Assembly (NCBI GenBank): GCA_030390025.1
Contig: CM059432.1
Location: forward strand, 13,268,001 to 13,332,000
DNA from: Squalus acanthias
Taxonomy: Eukaryota
Direction of reading: 5' to 3'
DNA: 64,000 bases
A model generated the notes under the pieces. The model ran no database searches. It had not been told where the DNA came from and worked only from the letters and a program-made list of their open reading frames with translations. Made by a program: the position numbers and the translations under genes. This document shows positions 1 to 11,147 of this stretch, piece by piece (the stretch's first letter is position 1; each line of letters starts with the position of its first letter).

Positions 1-304
1 TGTGAGCAGTTATGCAAAAAAGTATTTTCTCTGACCCGTGGAAAGTGCAGTCAGAAATGGAAACTGCTCAGTCAGGAAAGATTGCTCTTCGACATTTTGG
101 GTTAGGCATTAGCTTGGTCCTGCAACTATTATCCTGGGATGCTGAGTCATAGTTTTTCATCAAGCATGCCTGAGAATTATCTGGGGACTTGTTTTTTTAA
201 TCAGGTTTTCCTATATATATATATATATATTTTATTTTTTCTTATCCACACTTTTGTTTGGCCCTTTTTTCTTCCCTCCCAGAAGCTGGCAGCTGTCCTT
301 CATT

Positions 305-625
305 CTGCCAGCGCAATTCACACTTCATCTAGAGCTATCCTTTGTCTCTTAACCTGTCCCATTACCATCTCCTCTTGCCTTGAATATCTCTTAATGTCTC
401 TTAATCTCTCCTGCTTTCTGTCCTATCACTGACCTTCCCTTTTGTTCTTTCATCCCCTCCCCCTTTTCCCAGCCCTAAACTTGCTTTAAAATTATATTTC
501 ATTTCCTGCTTTTTTCCAGTTCTGACAAAAGGTCTTCGACCTGAAACGTTAACTCTGTTTCTCTCTCCACGGATGCTGCCTGGCCTGCTGAGTTTTTCCA
601 GCGTTTTCTGTTGTTATTTCTTATT
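305..625 (+). mobile_element. Penelope-like element terminal fragment, copy 1
   Basis: Similar to 2400-2745; pyrimidine-rich body then ctgacaaaaggtcttcgacctgaaacgttaac...gatgctgcctggcctgctgag. Confidence 0.6.
518..554 (+). ncRNA. Minimal hammerhead ribozyme-like motif (core G8 changed to A)
   Basis: AGTT-CTGACAA-A-AGGTC ttc GACCT-GAAA-CGT-T-AACT. Confidence 0.5.
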
Positions 626-691
626 TGATTCTAGTTCCATTAGCTGTATACAAGAAAGAAATACATGCCAAAACCCTCACTAAAACCCTTC

Positions 692-1331
692 AGGCTGAAT
701 CTTGACAGGGGCGTGCTGTGTAGGCAGAGGAGTGGGGGGGGGGGAATGGAGTTTCTGTCGGGAAGCCCGTAAGTTCGAGTTTTGACTCCACAGCGTGTCA
801 TTTTGCTTTGACAGGTTCCCTGCCCAGAGGTCAGTCTGATTGACAGACTTGGCTTCCAGTTGGGCGGGGAGCCCTCCAGAGGAGGCCGCAACCGCAGGTA
901 AGTCACTTGCTGCTGCTATTGGGAGCATGGAGAGGGGGGCGGGGGGGGGGGGAGGGCGATTCCTGACCCGGGGCTGGGGGGATATGGGGGGGTCTGATGG
1001 TGGGGAGCTTGGGGGGGCCGGTGGCGGGGAGGAGCTTACCTTCTTCCCCGAAGCTGTCCTCACCTCCCTTCAGCTACCGGATTTCCAGGGACCTGGGAAA
1101 CCCGGCCGGCCAGAGTTAATCCTGCAAAGCAGGTTAAATCAGAGGCTGCCAGCCTCATTAAAATATTTAACTGGCCAACCTGCCTCCTGGGGGCGGGTTG
1201 GCTGCCTGCCCCTTGTCCCGCCTCCGTTAAACACGGAAGTGGGCGGATTGGGATCGGGTTTGAGATTTTTAAAGTTTGGTCATCTCACCCGACCCCCAAC
1301 CCACCCATTTCTGGTGTTTAAGATTCAACCC
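692..1331. mobile_element. PIF/Harbinger-type MITE
   Basis: TIR AGGCTGAATCTT / AAGATTCAACCC (2 mismatches); TTC on both sides. Confidence 0.7.
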
Positions 1332-2399
1332 TTCTTTTCCACCATACCTTCAAGCCACTAGCCCTCTCCATTTTCCCTTCTTCCCTCCTGCTCAGTGCCC
1401 GCTGTTTCTCCTCCTTACTGTACAGTGCTTTGTCATAGAATCAGAGTATCATGCAGCACAGGAGGCCATTCGACCCATCGTGCCTCTGTCAGCTCTCTGA
1501 AAGTGCTACCAATTAGCCCCACTTCCCTTTTGAGGAGATCTGTAGCAATACATATATATCGAAAATATATTAATAGTTTGGCATTTAGAGCACACTTCCT
1601 GTAAGTGTTCCAATTGCATCATGTAACAACTTCCCTGTCAAACTTACCCCACCCAACTCACTGTGAGCAATGCCACCAGGGATTGACTAGTATATAAAAT
1701 ATAATTGGACACAGAGTAATTATGCTATGCAGGTTGAGAGAGATAAAAGTAAGAGAGTGTGACTGATAGTGAGACTTGCATATAAAACTAGAATGCTACT
1801 CCCCCACATTTTCCTCCCCTCATTTTTAATCCCTTATTCCCTCTTCTCCTGAAAATGATGATTCACGCTGAGGTCAGTTGCACGGCTCCAGGGAGTCTCC
1901 AGTAACTCGCCCAAAAGACCATTCTTTGTGTGCAGGAGGTGGGGGGGAGGCACAGACAGAGAGTATTTAGTCGTGTATTCAATCACAGGCTGCATTACAG
2001 TCGAGCCAGATCTTGGCCGCATCCTAATATCCATGTGCATATTTCTGAAGGGGCTGCCGCTTGGATATCAGGAGTGGGAATCCCTAGGTGATTTTTATTT
2101 TGAATTTTCCCTTCCCTATCCCACTGATTCTGAAGCCATTTGTAGCACCATCCCTAACCCGGCTTAGTCAGCTCACTCACAAAGGTACGCGGGTGAGGGA
2201 GGCCATTCAGCCCATCTAGTTCTTCCTTCCAATGGAGCCTAGACTGTCCCCTATGGCAGCATCTAACTATCTCTTGAATTATTCCAGGGTTTTTGCCTCC
2301 ACTGCAACTTGCTCTTAAAGGGGAGTTGAGGAGCGTATTCGTTGGCTGAAGCAGTATCTGGTCTGCAGTGATGTCTCTCTGATGGCAGGTACATTGTAA

Positions 2400-2745
2400 T
2401 TCAGCCATTGCCATTTACACTTCATCTCGAGACATCTTTTGTTTCTTAACTTGTCCCATTACCATCTCCTTTTGCCTCGCACCATCATCCCTTTTGCCTC
2501 TTAATCTCTCCTGCCTTCTGTCCTATCACAGACCTTCCTTTTGTTCTTTCCTCCCCTCCCCCTGCCCCTACACTTGCTTAAAAACCTGTTCCATCTCCAA
2601 CTTTCTCCAGTTCTGACGAAGGGTCATCGGCCTGAAACGTTAACTTGTGTTTCTCTCTCCACAGATGCTGCCTGACCTGCTGAGTGTTCCCAGCATTTTC
2701 TGTTTTTATTTCAGATTTCCAGCATCCGCAGTATTTTGCTTTCGT
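2400..2745 (+). mobile_element. Penelope-like element terminal fragment, copy 2
   Basis: Homologous to 305-625; contains CTGACGA...GAAACGT hammerhead-like core. Confidence 0.6.
2609..2645 (+). ncRNA. Minimal hammerhead ribozyme-like motif (core intact)
   Basis: AGTT-CTGACGA-A-GGGTC atc GGCCT-GAAA-CGT-T-AACT; helix I AGTT/AACT, helix II with G-U pairs, palindromic ACGT. Confidence 0.6.
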
Positions 2746-3261
2746 ACATTGTAATTCTTCTTCCTTTTCTCTTCCTATAGTTTCTTCCCGAGATGACGTG
2801 AGAGCAAGTGGCACGACAGAGCCTGGCACCTCGCAACACACTGCGCCTGGCAACAACTACGAGCACCTCGCGGCCGACACTTGGTGAGTTTGTGGAATTG
2901 TCCCTGAATGAAGCACAAGTAAGGAGCAAGTGCAGACGGCAGGAGAGGGAAGCAGAAAGATCTGGCGAGGCTGCCGGCCCACTGCAGTTGCCAAAAGCAT
3001 AGGCCAGGGATTGGTATCCTAATGAGCCAGCCTTCCCACGAGTTGATGCAGGAGAACAACGTGTTTATTACATCATTTGAGTCCACCGTGAGCAGCTTGC
3101 AGCAGCTATCAGAGAGCCTCTCACATCACTACAGCCCTGCTGGAGGGACTTATTGACACGCAGCGGATAATGAAGTAAGCAGATTCTTTGCTGCCCTCTG
3201 TAGGGGAACCGCTAAGCAGTGAGGGAGCAAGCATGGAGCAGAGTTCTCACTGAGACCTTGA

Positions 3262-3757
3262 TAAGAACATAAGAAATAGGAGCAGGAGTCGGCCATTCAG
3301 CCCCTCGAGCCTGCTCCGCCATTCAATAAGATCATGGCTGATCTTCTACCTCAACTCCACCTTCCCGCACTAACCCCATATCCCTCGATTCCCTTAGTGC
3401 CCAAAAATCTATCGATCTCTGTCTTGAATATACTCAATGACTGAGCCTCCACAACCCTCTGGGGTAGAGAATTCCAAAGATTCACAACCCTTTAAGTGAG
3501 GAATTTCTCAGTCCTAAATGGTCGACCCCTTATTCTGAGTCTGTGACCCATAGTTCTAGATGCCCCAGCCAGGGGAAACATCCTCCCAGCATCTACTCTG
3601 TCAAGCCCCTTAATAATTTTATGCGTTTCAATGAGATCACCGCTCATTCTTCTAAAGTCTAGGGAATATAGGCCCAGTCTACTCAATCTGTCCTCATAGG
3701 ACAATCCCCCCACCCCAGGAATCAGTCTAGTGAACCTTCGTTACACTCCCTCTAAGC
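3262..3757 (-). mobile_element. CR1 LINE 3' fragment
   Basis: GLSYEDRLSRLGLYSLDFRRMSGDLIETHK C-terminal motif and typical 3' tail. Confidence 0.9.
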
Positions 3758-4069
3758 CAGTTATAGGAATATGTTACTGCCAGATTTGGCAGACTGGGCG
3801 ATCATTTAGAAACAGTAGTGATATCTGGCTTCACCCACATCATAGGCATCCGACAGACCGCTCTCGTGCAGTTTGTGAGGTATCTAGGAGGGAGCCGCAG
3901 CATCAAGGATATGTCAGGAGAAGGGTCTGAGAAGGTAGCCTTCCCTCAAGGACTTGGCACAAGTTCCCACTCTAACCAGGCCTCTCAAAGGAGTGAAGAA
4001 CTGCCAGAGAGAGGGCAGGCGCTGCATCATTGAATGAGGCTCCCGCTGTTGCAGGGACAACACAAGACA

Positions 4070-4266
4070 ACTCTGGCTGATGTCTCCTGTGGGGGGCCTG
4101 GAGGGAATCAGGAGCATAAAAAGTTAATGCCATTGTCACCTTCACAGCTACAGAGTGCGCCATACTAGTTCTTTGGGTTGTCGGAAGATCAGCCTGCCAC
4201 AAGTGCGTAGCTTGGTCGCTGCATCTCTGGAAAAGCAGAACTAACAAAGGCAAATCTCCTCAGATC
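4070..4266 (-). pseudogene. Decayed Harbinger (HARBI1-like) transposase N-terminal fragment
   Basis: HLWQADL...AHSVAVKVTMALTFYAPDSLQA and, after a frameshift, TGDISQ; resembles the Harbinger AL.FYA.GSFQ...GD..ISQ motif. Confidence 0.7.
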
Positions 4267-4853
4267 GCCCCTGGTCCGATTGACTTGATCTGCATACTCA
4301 GGTCCTGAGGTATAATGAGTAAGAGCACGCATAGCTCCTGCAGTGCATTTTGCATCTGATGTGCTCTGAAGAATTCAACCTCCTTATCCATGTCACACAG
4401 CATAAATGGGAATACCCAAAGGGATTCCTATCCTCCCACCTTGCTGAGCTGCACCAATAGTAGTAATGGCCCAGACTGCAGGCTATAGCTCAAAAGGGAC
4501 CAAAAACAAGACCAAAAATGGAAGCTACCAGAATATGCAGGGTGTATAGTGCAGCCAAACAGAAATACTCAGTGACGTAAGAAAACTACTAGGCACTTGG
4601 TCTAAGTGTTAAACAAAGCTTTAATCAACTGTTTTACAACATGGAGGTCTAGTTGTGTCCTTCACTAGTTCCTGTTAAGAATGTCCTGCGCAAGCTGGGC
4701 CCGTGCCCGAGTTTTTATACTCTCCCTGGACAGCGCCACCCGCAGGCCACTCAGTATTATTTCATAAGTCTTTCTTTCATGAATGACAGATTCATGTCAC
4801 TCAGTAACCAAAAATTACATAGTGATTGCCAATCACAATCCTGCAACAACCCT

Positions 4854-5500
4854 GGTCTAAATTTCCACTCCAACCAATGTAATCTGGTTGGGCAGGAGGG
4901 GAAAATCAGGCGGGGAGCCACTCCGCTGGCGTGCCCAACCCAACAGCATTTCCTGGGCGGAAGTGATGTCAGATACATAATAATGCATTGGCCCAAATAA
5001 GGGTGTATTATAATTCAACGGAAACAAGAGACTACATCATATTTTCCATCGCTTGCACCGTAGCAATGCTAGGCAAACTCAGGTGTGTTGCTGGCATCCA
5101 GCGTCGCTATGGGCCGCAGGAGGGAGGGGGGGTCACGCTTTTAAAAGCTATTTTGCCTACTGCGATCGATTGCAGTGCACTACACAGAGAAGGAATGATA
5201 AAAATGCTAATTTTTCTTTTAAAATGTTTGTTCTTCAACTGGCACCGACTGGCCATGCTGCACAATAGCAGGCACTGCAGCAATTTCCCTCTTTGCCTAG
5301 CAGAGGTGGGAAATCCACCAGCGGAATTAATGGCCCTGACACCGCGCCCCCCCCCCCCCCCCCCACCGCCCCCCGCCAAGTTATGATAATTGCCCAGACC
5401 CCAGGAGATCAGTCAGGCTCAGGAGCACATGCGTGGAGTGGGTAGAAGCCTTGCCCGTCGAAGATTTCTTGCCATTCCCCTGAAGAGGAAAATCCACCCC
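4854..5500. mobile_element. Old MITE-like element
   Basis: Diverged termini ggtctaaatttcc / ggaaaatccacccc with GC-rich arms; TSD not clear. Confidence 0.35.
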
Positions 5501-6540
5501 CCATAGCTTATGAAAATCTATAAAGCAGGCTAAGGCCATTCCCACAGATATTCCATTTTATATGGGAGAATGTTGGATCAACTGTTAGTCAACCTCCTTC
5601 CTTCCATGGTTCACATTGACACGCTTCGAGTGAGCACGAGACACTTGAATGGTGGAGTATATGGAACAGACTTTATTCATATACAGCACAGGTGATCAAT
5701 CTATACCGTACAAAGGAGTAGATTTTGGTTTCTCTATCTTTCGAGCTCTCCAACGAATTCTGGAAAACTATGCTCCTTTTATACCTCAGTTCGCCTACTT
5801 CCAAAGGTACATGTCACAGATAAGATCTCACAGTTTGTCTGCTCTTGAATCCTTTTAAGAATGGTTTATTTACATATTATTTAGTTGTTTACTTCAAAGA
5901 TACTTTCCACAGCCAAGACTTCCTGATCTATTTGTCTTGGGTCCTTTGAGAACTAGTTTTATCAACAACTTATCTCCTGAAACATCCACTCTATACCATA
6001 GTTAATTGACTCCTCTGCCTATATTTATTACACTAGCCAAACATTATACATTAAGCACTCACGGTCGATACTGTCCCAGTCACTTATTTCCTGGCTGAGC
6101 CATCGTGCTGTTTTCCTGTTTATCTTAGAAAGCCTTTTGCTCTATGACCAGTTATAGTTATACAGATCAGTTCGATTATTAACCCTTAACTCTCCAACAG
6201 CAAACTGCACCTTGTTGGGCCGAGCCTCATCCAACCACAGGAAATTTGCTTAGGAATAAATAAAAATAGTTTTAATCGGCTAATCGGGGATTTCACAGAC
6301 CTTAAGTGAAGTCTGCCGTGCGCACAACGGAATGCCAGCAAATCAGGCATGGAGTGAACACACCACTCCCATCTAATCCACGGTGCAAATAAGGCCCCGT
6401 GATGCATGCATTACCTCATAAAATTGGGGAGGTTGTGCATTTTCATCAACTTCTGCTTTTATTTCAGATCTGCGGTTTTTCTTTTCTTCAGGAATGACTC
6501 ATTTTTTTCTGCTCCTTTGCGGAGATCAATTACAGGATCG

Positions 6541-6655
6541 CTCCGAGATTAACTAACTCAGTACAGACCAGGGATCGAGCTTGCAAACCTCTGTGGGCTA
6601 GTATGGCTCAATTCCACACCGAACAGTGCACTTAGTAACGGAGTGTCCAGGGAGC
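6541..6655 (-). mobile_element. Old tRNA-derived SINE head fragment
   Basis: B-box-like gctcgatccctggtctgtactgagttag on minus; related degenerate copies near 53870-54128 and 56460-56660. Confidence 0.45.
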
Positions 6656-7189
6656 TTCAGGATTATTCAATGCATCTTGGGAGGCACATCTGCATGTTAC
6701 TAAACCTTGTGTCTCTCTTCCAGTCCATTAGGAGGTACCAGAGACAGCAGACAGCCTGAAATACGGTACAAGTAGCCATGAAACAATCAATGTATATGGA
6801 TAAATATTGACTGCAGTCTGCTGGAATTCTTCCAGTGCAGGTTCGTAACATTACATGAGAATTATCGTGAGACGTCGTATTCATCTGCATTTGCTAATGA
6901 CTTGCACTCAGATAATTTCAAGAAGGTCCTTCAGAATTTTTTTTAATTGTATTTGCTGTGAATTGATTTGGCCCAAATAGTAGCTCTGAAGATACCCACA
7001 GGAACATCCGACCAGTGTCTGGGACTACCAGAGGCTCCTAATATGCTGCAACTGAACTGTAACTTTGGGTAGGTCGGCATCGCTGCTGATGCCTGCATAT
7101 GCTGCAGACATTTAGATGAGGCAGATCGTGACTTCAGTGAGTGTGCAACTCTAGACCACCCTTAGGTTGGATGTGGTGGCTGAAAGATG

Positions 7190-8950
7190 TTCAGACCCCC
7201 ACCACCCTCTGGGTGAAAACATCCCTCCTCAACTCCCCTCTATTCCTTCTACCAATTACTTTAAATCTATGCCCTCTGGTTATTGACCTCTCTGCTAAGG
7301 GAAATAGGTCCTTCCTATCCACTCTATCTAGGCCCCTGATAATTTTATACACCTCAATTAAATCTCCCCTCAGCCTCCTCTGTTCCAAAGAAAACAACCC
7401 CAGCCTCTCCAATCTTTCCTCATAGCTAAAATTCTCCAGTCCAGGCAACATCCTCGTCAATCTCCTCTGTACCCTCTCTAGTGAAATCACATCTTTCCTG
7501 GAATGTGGTGACCGGGACTGTATGCAGTACTCTAGCTGTGGCCTAACTAGAGTTTTATAAAGTTCAATCATAACCTCCCTGCTCTTGTATTTTATGCCTC
7601 AGCTAATAAAGGCAAGTTTTGGTTGTTGGAGACCAATCAGCTCAGCCCCAGGACATCGCTGCAGGAGTTCCTCAGGGCAGTGTCCTAGGACCAACCATCT
7701 TCAGCTGCTTTGTCAATGACCTTCCCTCCATCATAGGGTCAGAAGTGGGGATGTTCGCTGATGACTGCAGTGTTCAGTGCCATTCGCAACTCCTCAGATA
7801 ATGAAGTGGTTCGTGCCCGCACGTAGCAAGGCCTGGACAACATTCAGGCTTGGGCTGATAAGTGGCAAGTAATATTTGCGCCACACAAGTCCCAGGCAAT
7901 GACTACCTCCAATAAGAGAGAGTCTAACCACCGCCCCTTGATATTCAACGGCATTACCATCGCTGAATCCCACACCATCAGCATCCTGAGGGGGCGGGGG
8001 TCATCATTAACCAGAAACTTAACTGGACCAGCCACACAAATACTGTGGCTACAAGAGCAGGTCAGAGGCTGGGTATACTGCAGCGAGTGACTCACCTCCT
8101 GACTCCCCAAAGCCTTTCCACCATCTACAAGGCGCAAACCAAGAGTGTGATGGAATACTCTCCACTTGCCTGGATGAGTGCAGCTCCAACAACACTCAAG
8201 ATGTTCGACACCATCCAGAACAAAGCAGCCCGCTTGACTGGCACCCCAGCCACCACCTTAAATATTCACTCCCTCCACCACTGGCGTACCGTGGCTGCAG
8301 TGTGTACCATCTACAAGATGCACTGCAACAACTCGCCAAGGCTTCTTCAACAGCACCTCCAAAACCTGCAACCTCTACCACCTAGAAAGACAAGGGCAGC
8401 AGGATTATGGGAACACCACCACCTCCAAGTTCCCATCCAAGTCACACACCATCCTGACTTGGAAATATATCGCAGTTCCTTCATCGTCGCTGGGTCAAAA
8501 TCCTGGAACTCCCTCCCTAACAGCACTGTGGGAGTACTTTCACCACACGGACTGAAGTGGTTCAAGAAGGCAGCTCACCACCACCTTCTCAAGGGCAACT
8601 AGGGATGGGCAATAAATGCTGGCCTTGCCAGCGACGCCCACATCGCATGAATAAATTTTAAAAAATCCCGTATGCCTTCTTAACCACCTTATCTACCTGT
8701 CCTGCTTCCTTCAGGGATCTGTGGACATGCACTCCAAGGTCCCTCTGTTCCTCTACAGTTCTCAGTATCCTATCATTTATTGTGTATTCCCTTGCCTTGT
8801 TAGCCCTCCCCAAATGGATTGCCTCACACTTCTCCGAATTGAATTTGCCATTTTTCTGCCCACCTGACCAGTCCACTGATATCTTCCTGCAGTCTACAGT
8901 TTTCTTCCTCACTATCAACCACACGGCCAATTTTTGTATCATCTGCAAAT
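7190..8950 (-). mobile_element. CR1 ORF2 fragment split by a LINE at 7618-8660
   Basis: LYKTLVRPQLEYC...RGDLIEVYK; host sequence aaggcaagt|atcccgtatg rejoins across the insert. Confidence 0.88.
7618..8660 (+). mobile_element. Second CR1-group LINE (family B), 3' part
   Basis: [11 protein letters not shown] and MFADD RT motifs; tail gggatgggcaataaatgctggccttgccagcgacgcccac. Confidence 0.85.
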
Positions 8951-9190
8951 ATTAGGACAGATGGCCAAAAGGTTGGTTAAAGAGGTCGGTTTTAAGGAGT
9001 GTCTTAAAGGAGGAGAGAGGTAGAGAGGCGGAGAGGTTTAGGGAGGGAATTTTCAAACTTAGGGCCCAGGCAGCTAAAGGCACGGCCGACAATGGTGGAG
9101 CGATTAAAATCGGGGATGCGCAAGAGGCCAGAATTAGAGGCACGCAGAGATCTCAGAGGGCTGGAGAAGGTTAGAGATAGGGAGGGGCTT
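8951..9190 (-). mobile_element. L2 LINE 3' fragment
   Basis: SLSSFKTLLKTDLF motif; homologous to 31692-32228 and 60313-60840. Confidence 0.7.
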
Positions 9191-9354
9191 CTTCCGATAT
9201 GTTCTTCAGTTGAGCGCTAGTTATAACATACCCAATCTTGCAGAAAGCGCATACAGTAAAATGGCGCTTTTCTTTGCATCTGCTTTAAAATGGGAGAAAA
9301 TTGTCACCCTAATTGAACATGCTCTTTAATAATAACTCAGACTAGTAACATAAT

Positions 9355-9673
9355 AGATGCTGAGAGGTTGATTCCCCTAGCTGGAGAGTCTAGAACCAGG
9401 GGGCATACCCTGAGGATAAGGGGTCGGCCATTTAAGACTGAGATGAGGAGGAATTTCTTCACTCAGGAGGGTTGTGAATCTTAGGAATTATCTACCCCAG
9501 AGGGCTGTGGATGCTGAAATAGGTAGATTTTTGGACTCTAGGGGAATCGAGGGATATGGGGATCGGGCGGGAAAGTGGAGTTGAGGTCGAAGATCAGCCC
9601 TGATCTTATTGAATGGCGGAGCAGGCTCGAAGGGCCGTATGGCCGACTCCTGCTCCTAATTCTTATGTTCTTA
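9355..9673 (+). mobile_element. CR1 LINE 3' end
   Basis: ESRTRGH.LRIRGRPFKTEMRRNFF coding remnant and cttatgttctta tail. Confidence 0.85.
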
Positions 9674-9819
9674 TTTGTAGCCTTCATTTTCATGAAAGCT
9701 CAACTATAAGCGATCTGATATTCCAGATGTAATTCCCACCATTTCTAAGTACAAATAGCGATTGACATTCTCCAAATCTGAAACAGGGTTTAAAGAGCTG
9801 GACTTTACAGCATGTTTAC

Positions 9820-9891
9820 CTCATTTGTGATGTCGTAAACTATAACAGCAGCGGCAGATCCACGGTAATACATCGGAGCCAACGAGTGGAA
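9820..9891 (-). CDS. RAB31: RAB31 internal coding exon (exon 4 equivalent), switch II
   Basis: Pyrimidine tract then cattag|TTCCACTCG...AATGAG|gtaaac; 72 nt, phase 0; FHSLAPMYYRGSAAAVIVYDITNE. FHSLAP fits Rab31 rather than Rab22A (FRALAP). Confidence 0.96.
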
Positions 9892-10779
9892 CTAATGGGA
9901 AGAAAAGACAAAACAAAATCAAACAAGCTTCAAGTGTGCATTTCCAAAATGAATACATGGTTATTTTATAACAGCGACCCTTAAGGCCAGCTCGTTTGTA
10001 TGCTCATCATTTATACCATTAAAAAAAAAATCACATTCCGAACTTTTAACATGTATTTTGCTTGTTTTTTTCTTCACTTACCAACTAACAGGTATAAAGT
10101 TACGCATCAGCTGAGCTACACCAGCTTCAGTGTTCCACACATTCTTCCTTCAGAATATGTGTGATCATGTATTGCACATAAGGTGTTACATGTTCCAATG
10201 GCAAGAGCCAATTGACAGATCCAAAGATGGTTAAAAGATTAAAAAGAAAGTTTGGAATTCTCTGAGGAACTCTTTCAAAATGGTCAGTATTAGCACAGTC
10301 ACAGAAGGACAGTGGAGATGAGGCTGACATATATACATTGAATACAATTACAAATAAAGTCTATGTTATTTTGTATTTTTGATCCCAATTTTCTCATTTG
10401 GTGTTTTTGCTTCACACTGTTGTGGGGACAGGAAAAGGGGTAAAACTGTTGGGGCAAATTTTCCAATTGCACTTCCAATCGCGTGTTAGTTGAGCAACGT
10501 GCTATTCGCATCCATCCAACCATTAATGTGCTGATGTCAGCGGATTTTCCAGAGTCAGTTTCATTTACATAGATTAGGAGGAAAGAAGGACCTCAGGGCG
10601 ACTTCACAACCAATGAGGTACTTTCGAAGTGTGGCTCCTGTTGTAATGTAGGAATGGGTGAGATCCTGGCCCACACTGGGTCTGGCGTTAGGAGCTCACC
10701 AAATGCAGATAGGAAATCACAGAAAAGCAGCACTTAAAGGGATGCTTAAAAGACGTGATGGGTTCATTTAAAGGGATGC

Positions 10780-11147
10780 ATGTTAGATGGCTGTATACAT
10801 TCACTCCCTCCACCACCGGCGTACCGTGGCTGCAGTGTGTACAATCTACAAGATGCACTGCAGCAACTCGCCAAGGCTTCTTCGGCAGCACCTCCGAACC
10901 CGACGACCTCTTCCACCTAGAAGGACAAGGGCAGCAGACTCATGGGAACACCACCACCTCCAAGTTCCCCTCCAAGTCACACACCATCCTGACTTAGAAG
11001 CTATATCGCCGATCCTTCATCGTCGCTGGGTCAAAATCCTGGAACTCCCTCCCTAACAGCACTGTGGGAGCACCTTCACCACACGGACTGCAGCGGCTCA
11101 AGAAGGCGGCTCACCACCACCTTCTCAAGGGCAACTAGGGATGGGCA
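10780..11147 (+). mobile_element. Family B LINE 3' part; tail resumes at 13818-13863
   Basis: IHSLHHRRTVAAVCTIYKMH motif; tail broken at gggatgggca by the CR1 at 11148-13817. Confidence 0.8.

Noticed and set aside
5900..6180. Possible L1/Tx1-like ORF2 C-terminal relic
   Set aside because: Similarity too weak to call without a search
1..9819. Next RAB31 exon (W.KEL...GNKCDL)
   Set aside because: Not found by eye; probably beyond position 1, though a translated search should confirm
10127..10330. 67-aa minus-strand ORF near the RAB31 exon
   Set aside because: No Rab similarity; the flanking exons already join in frame
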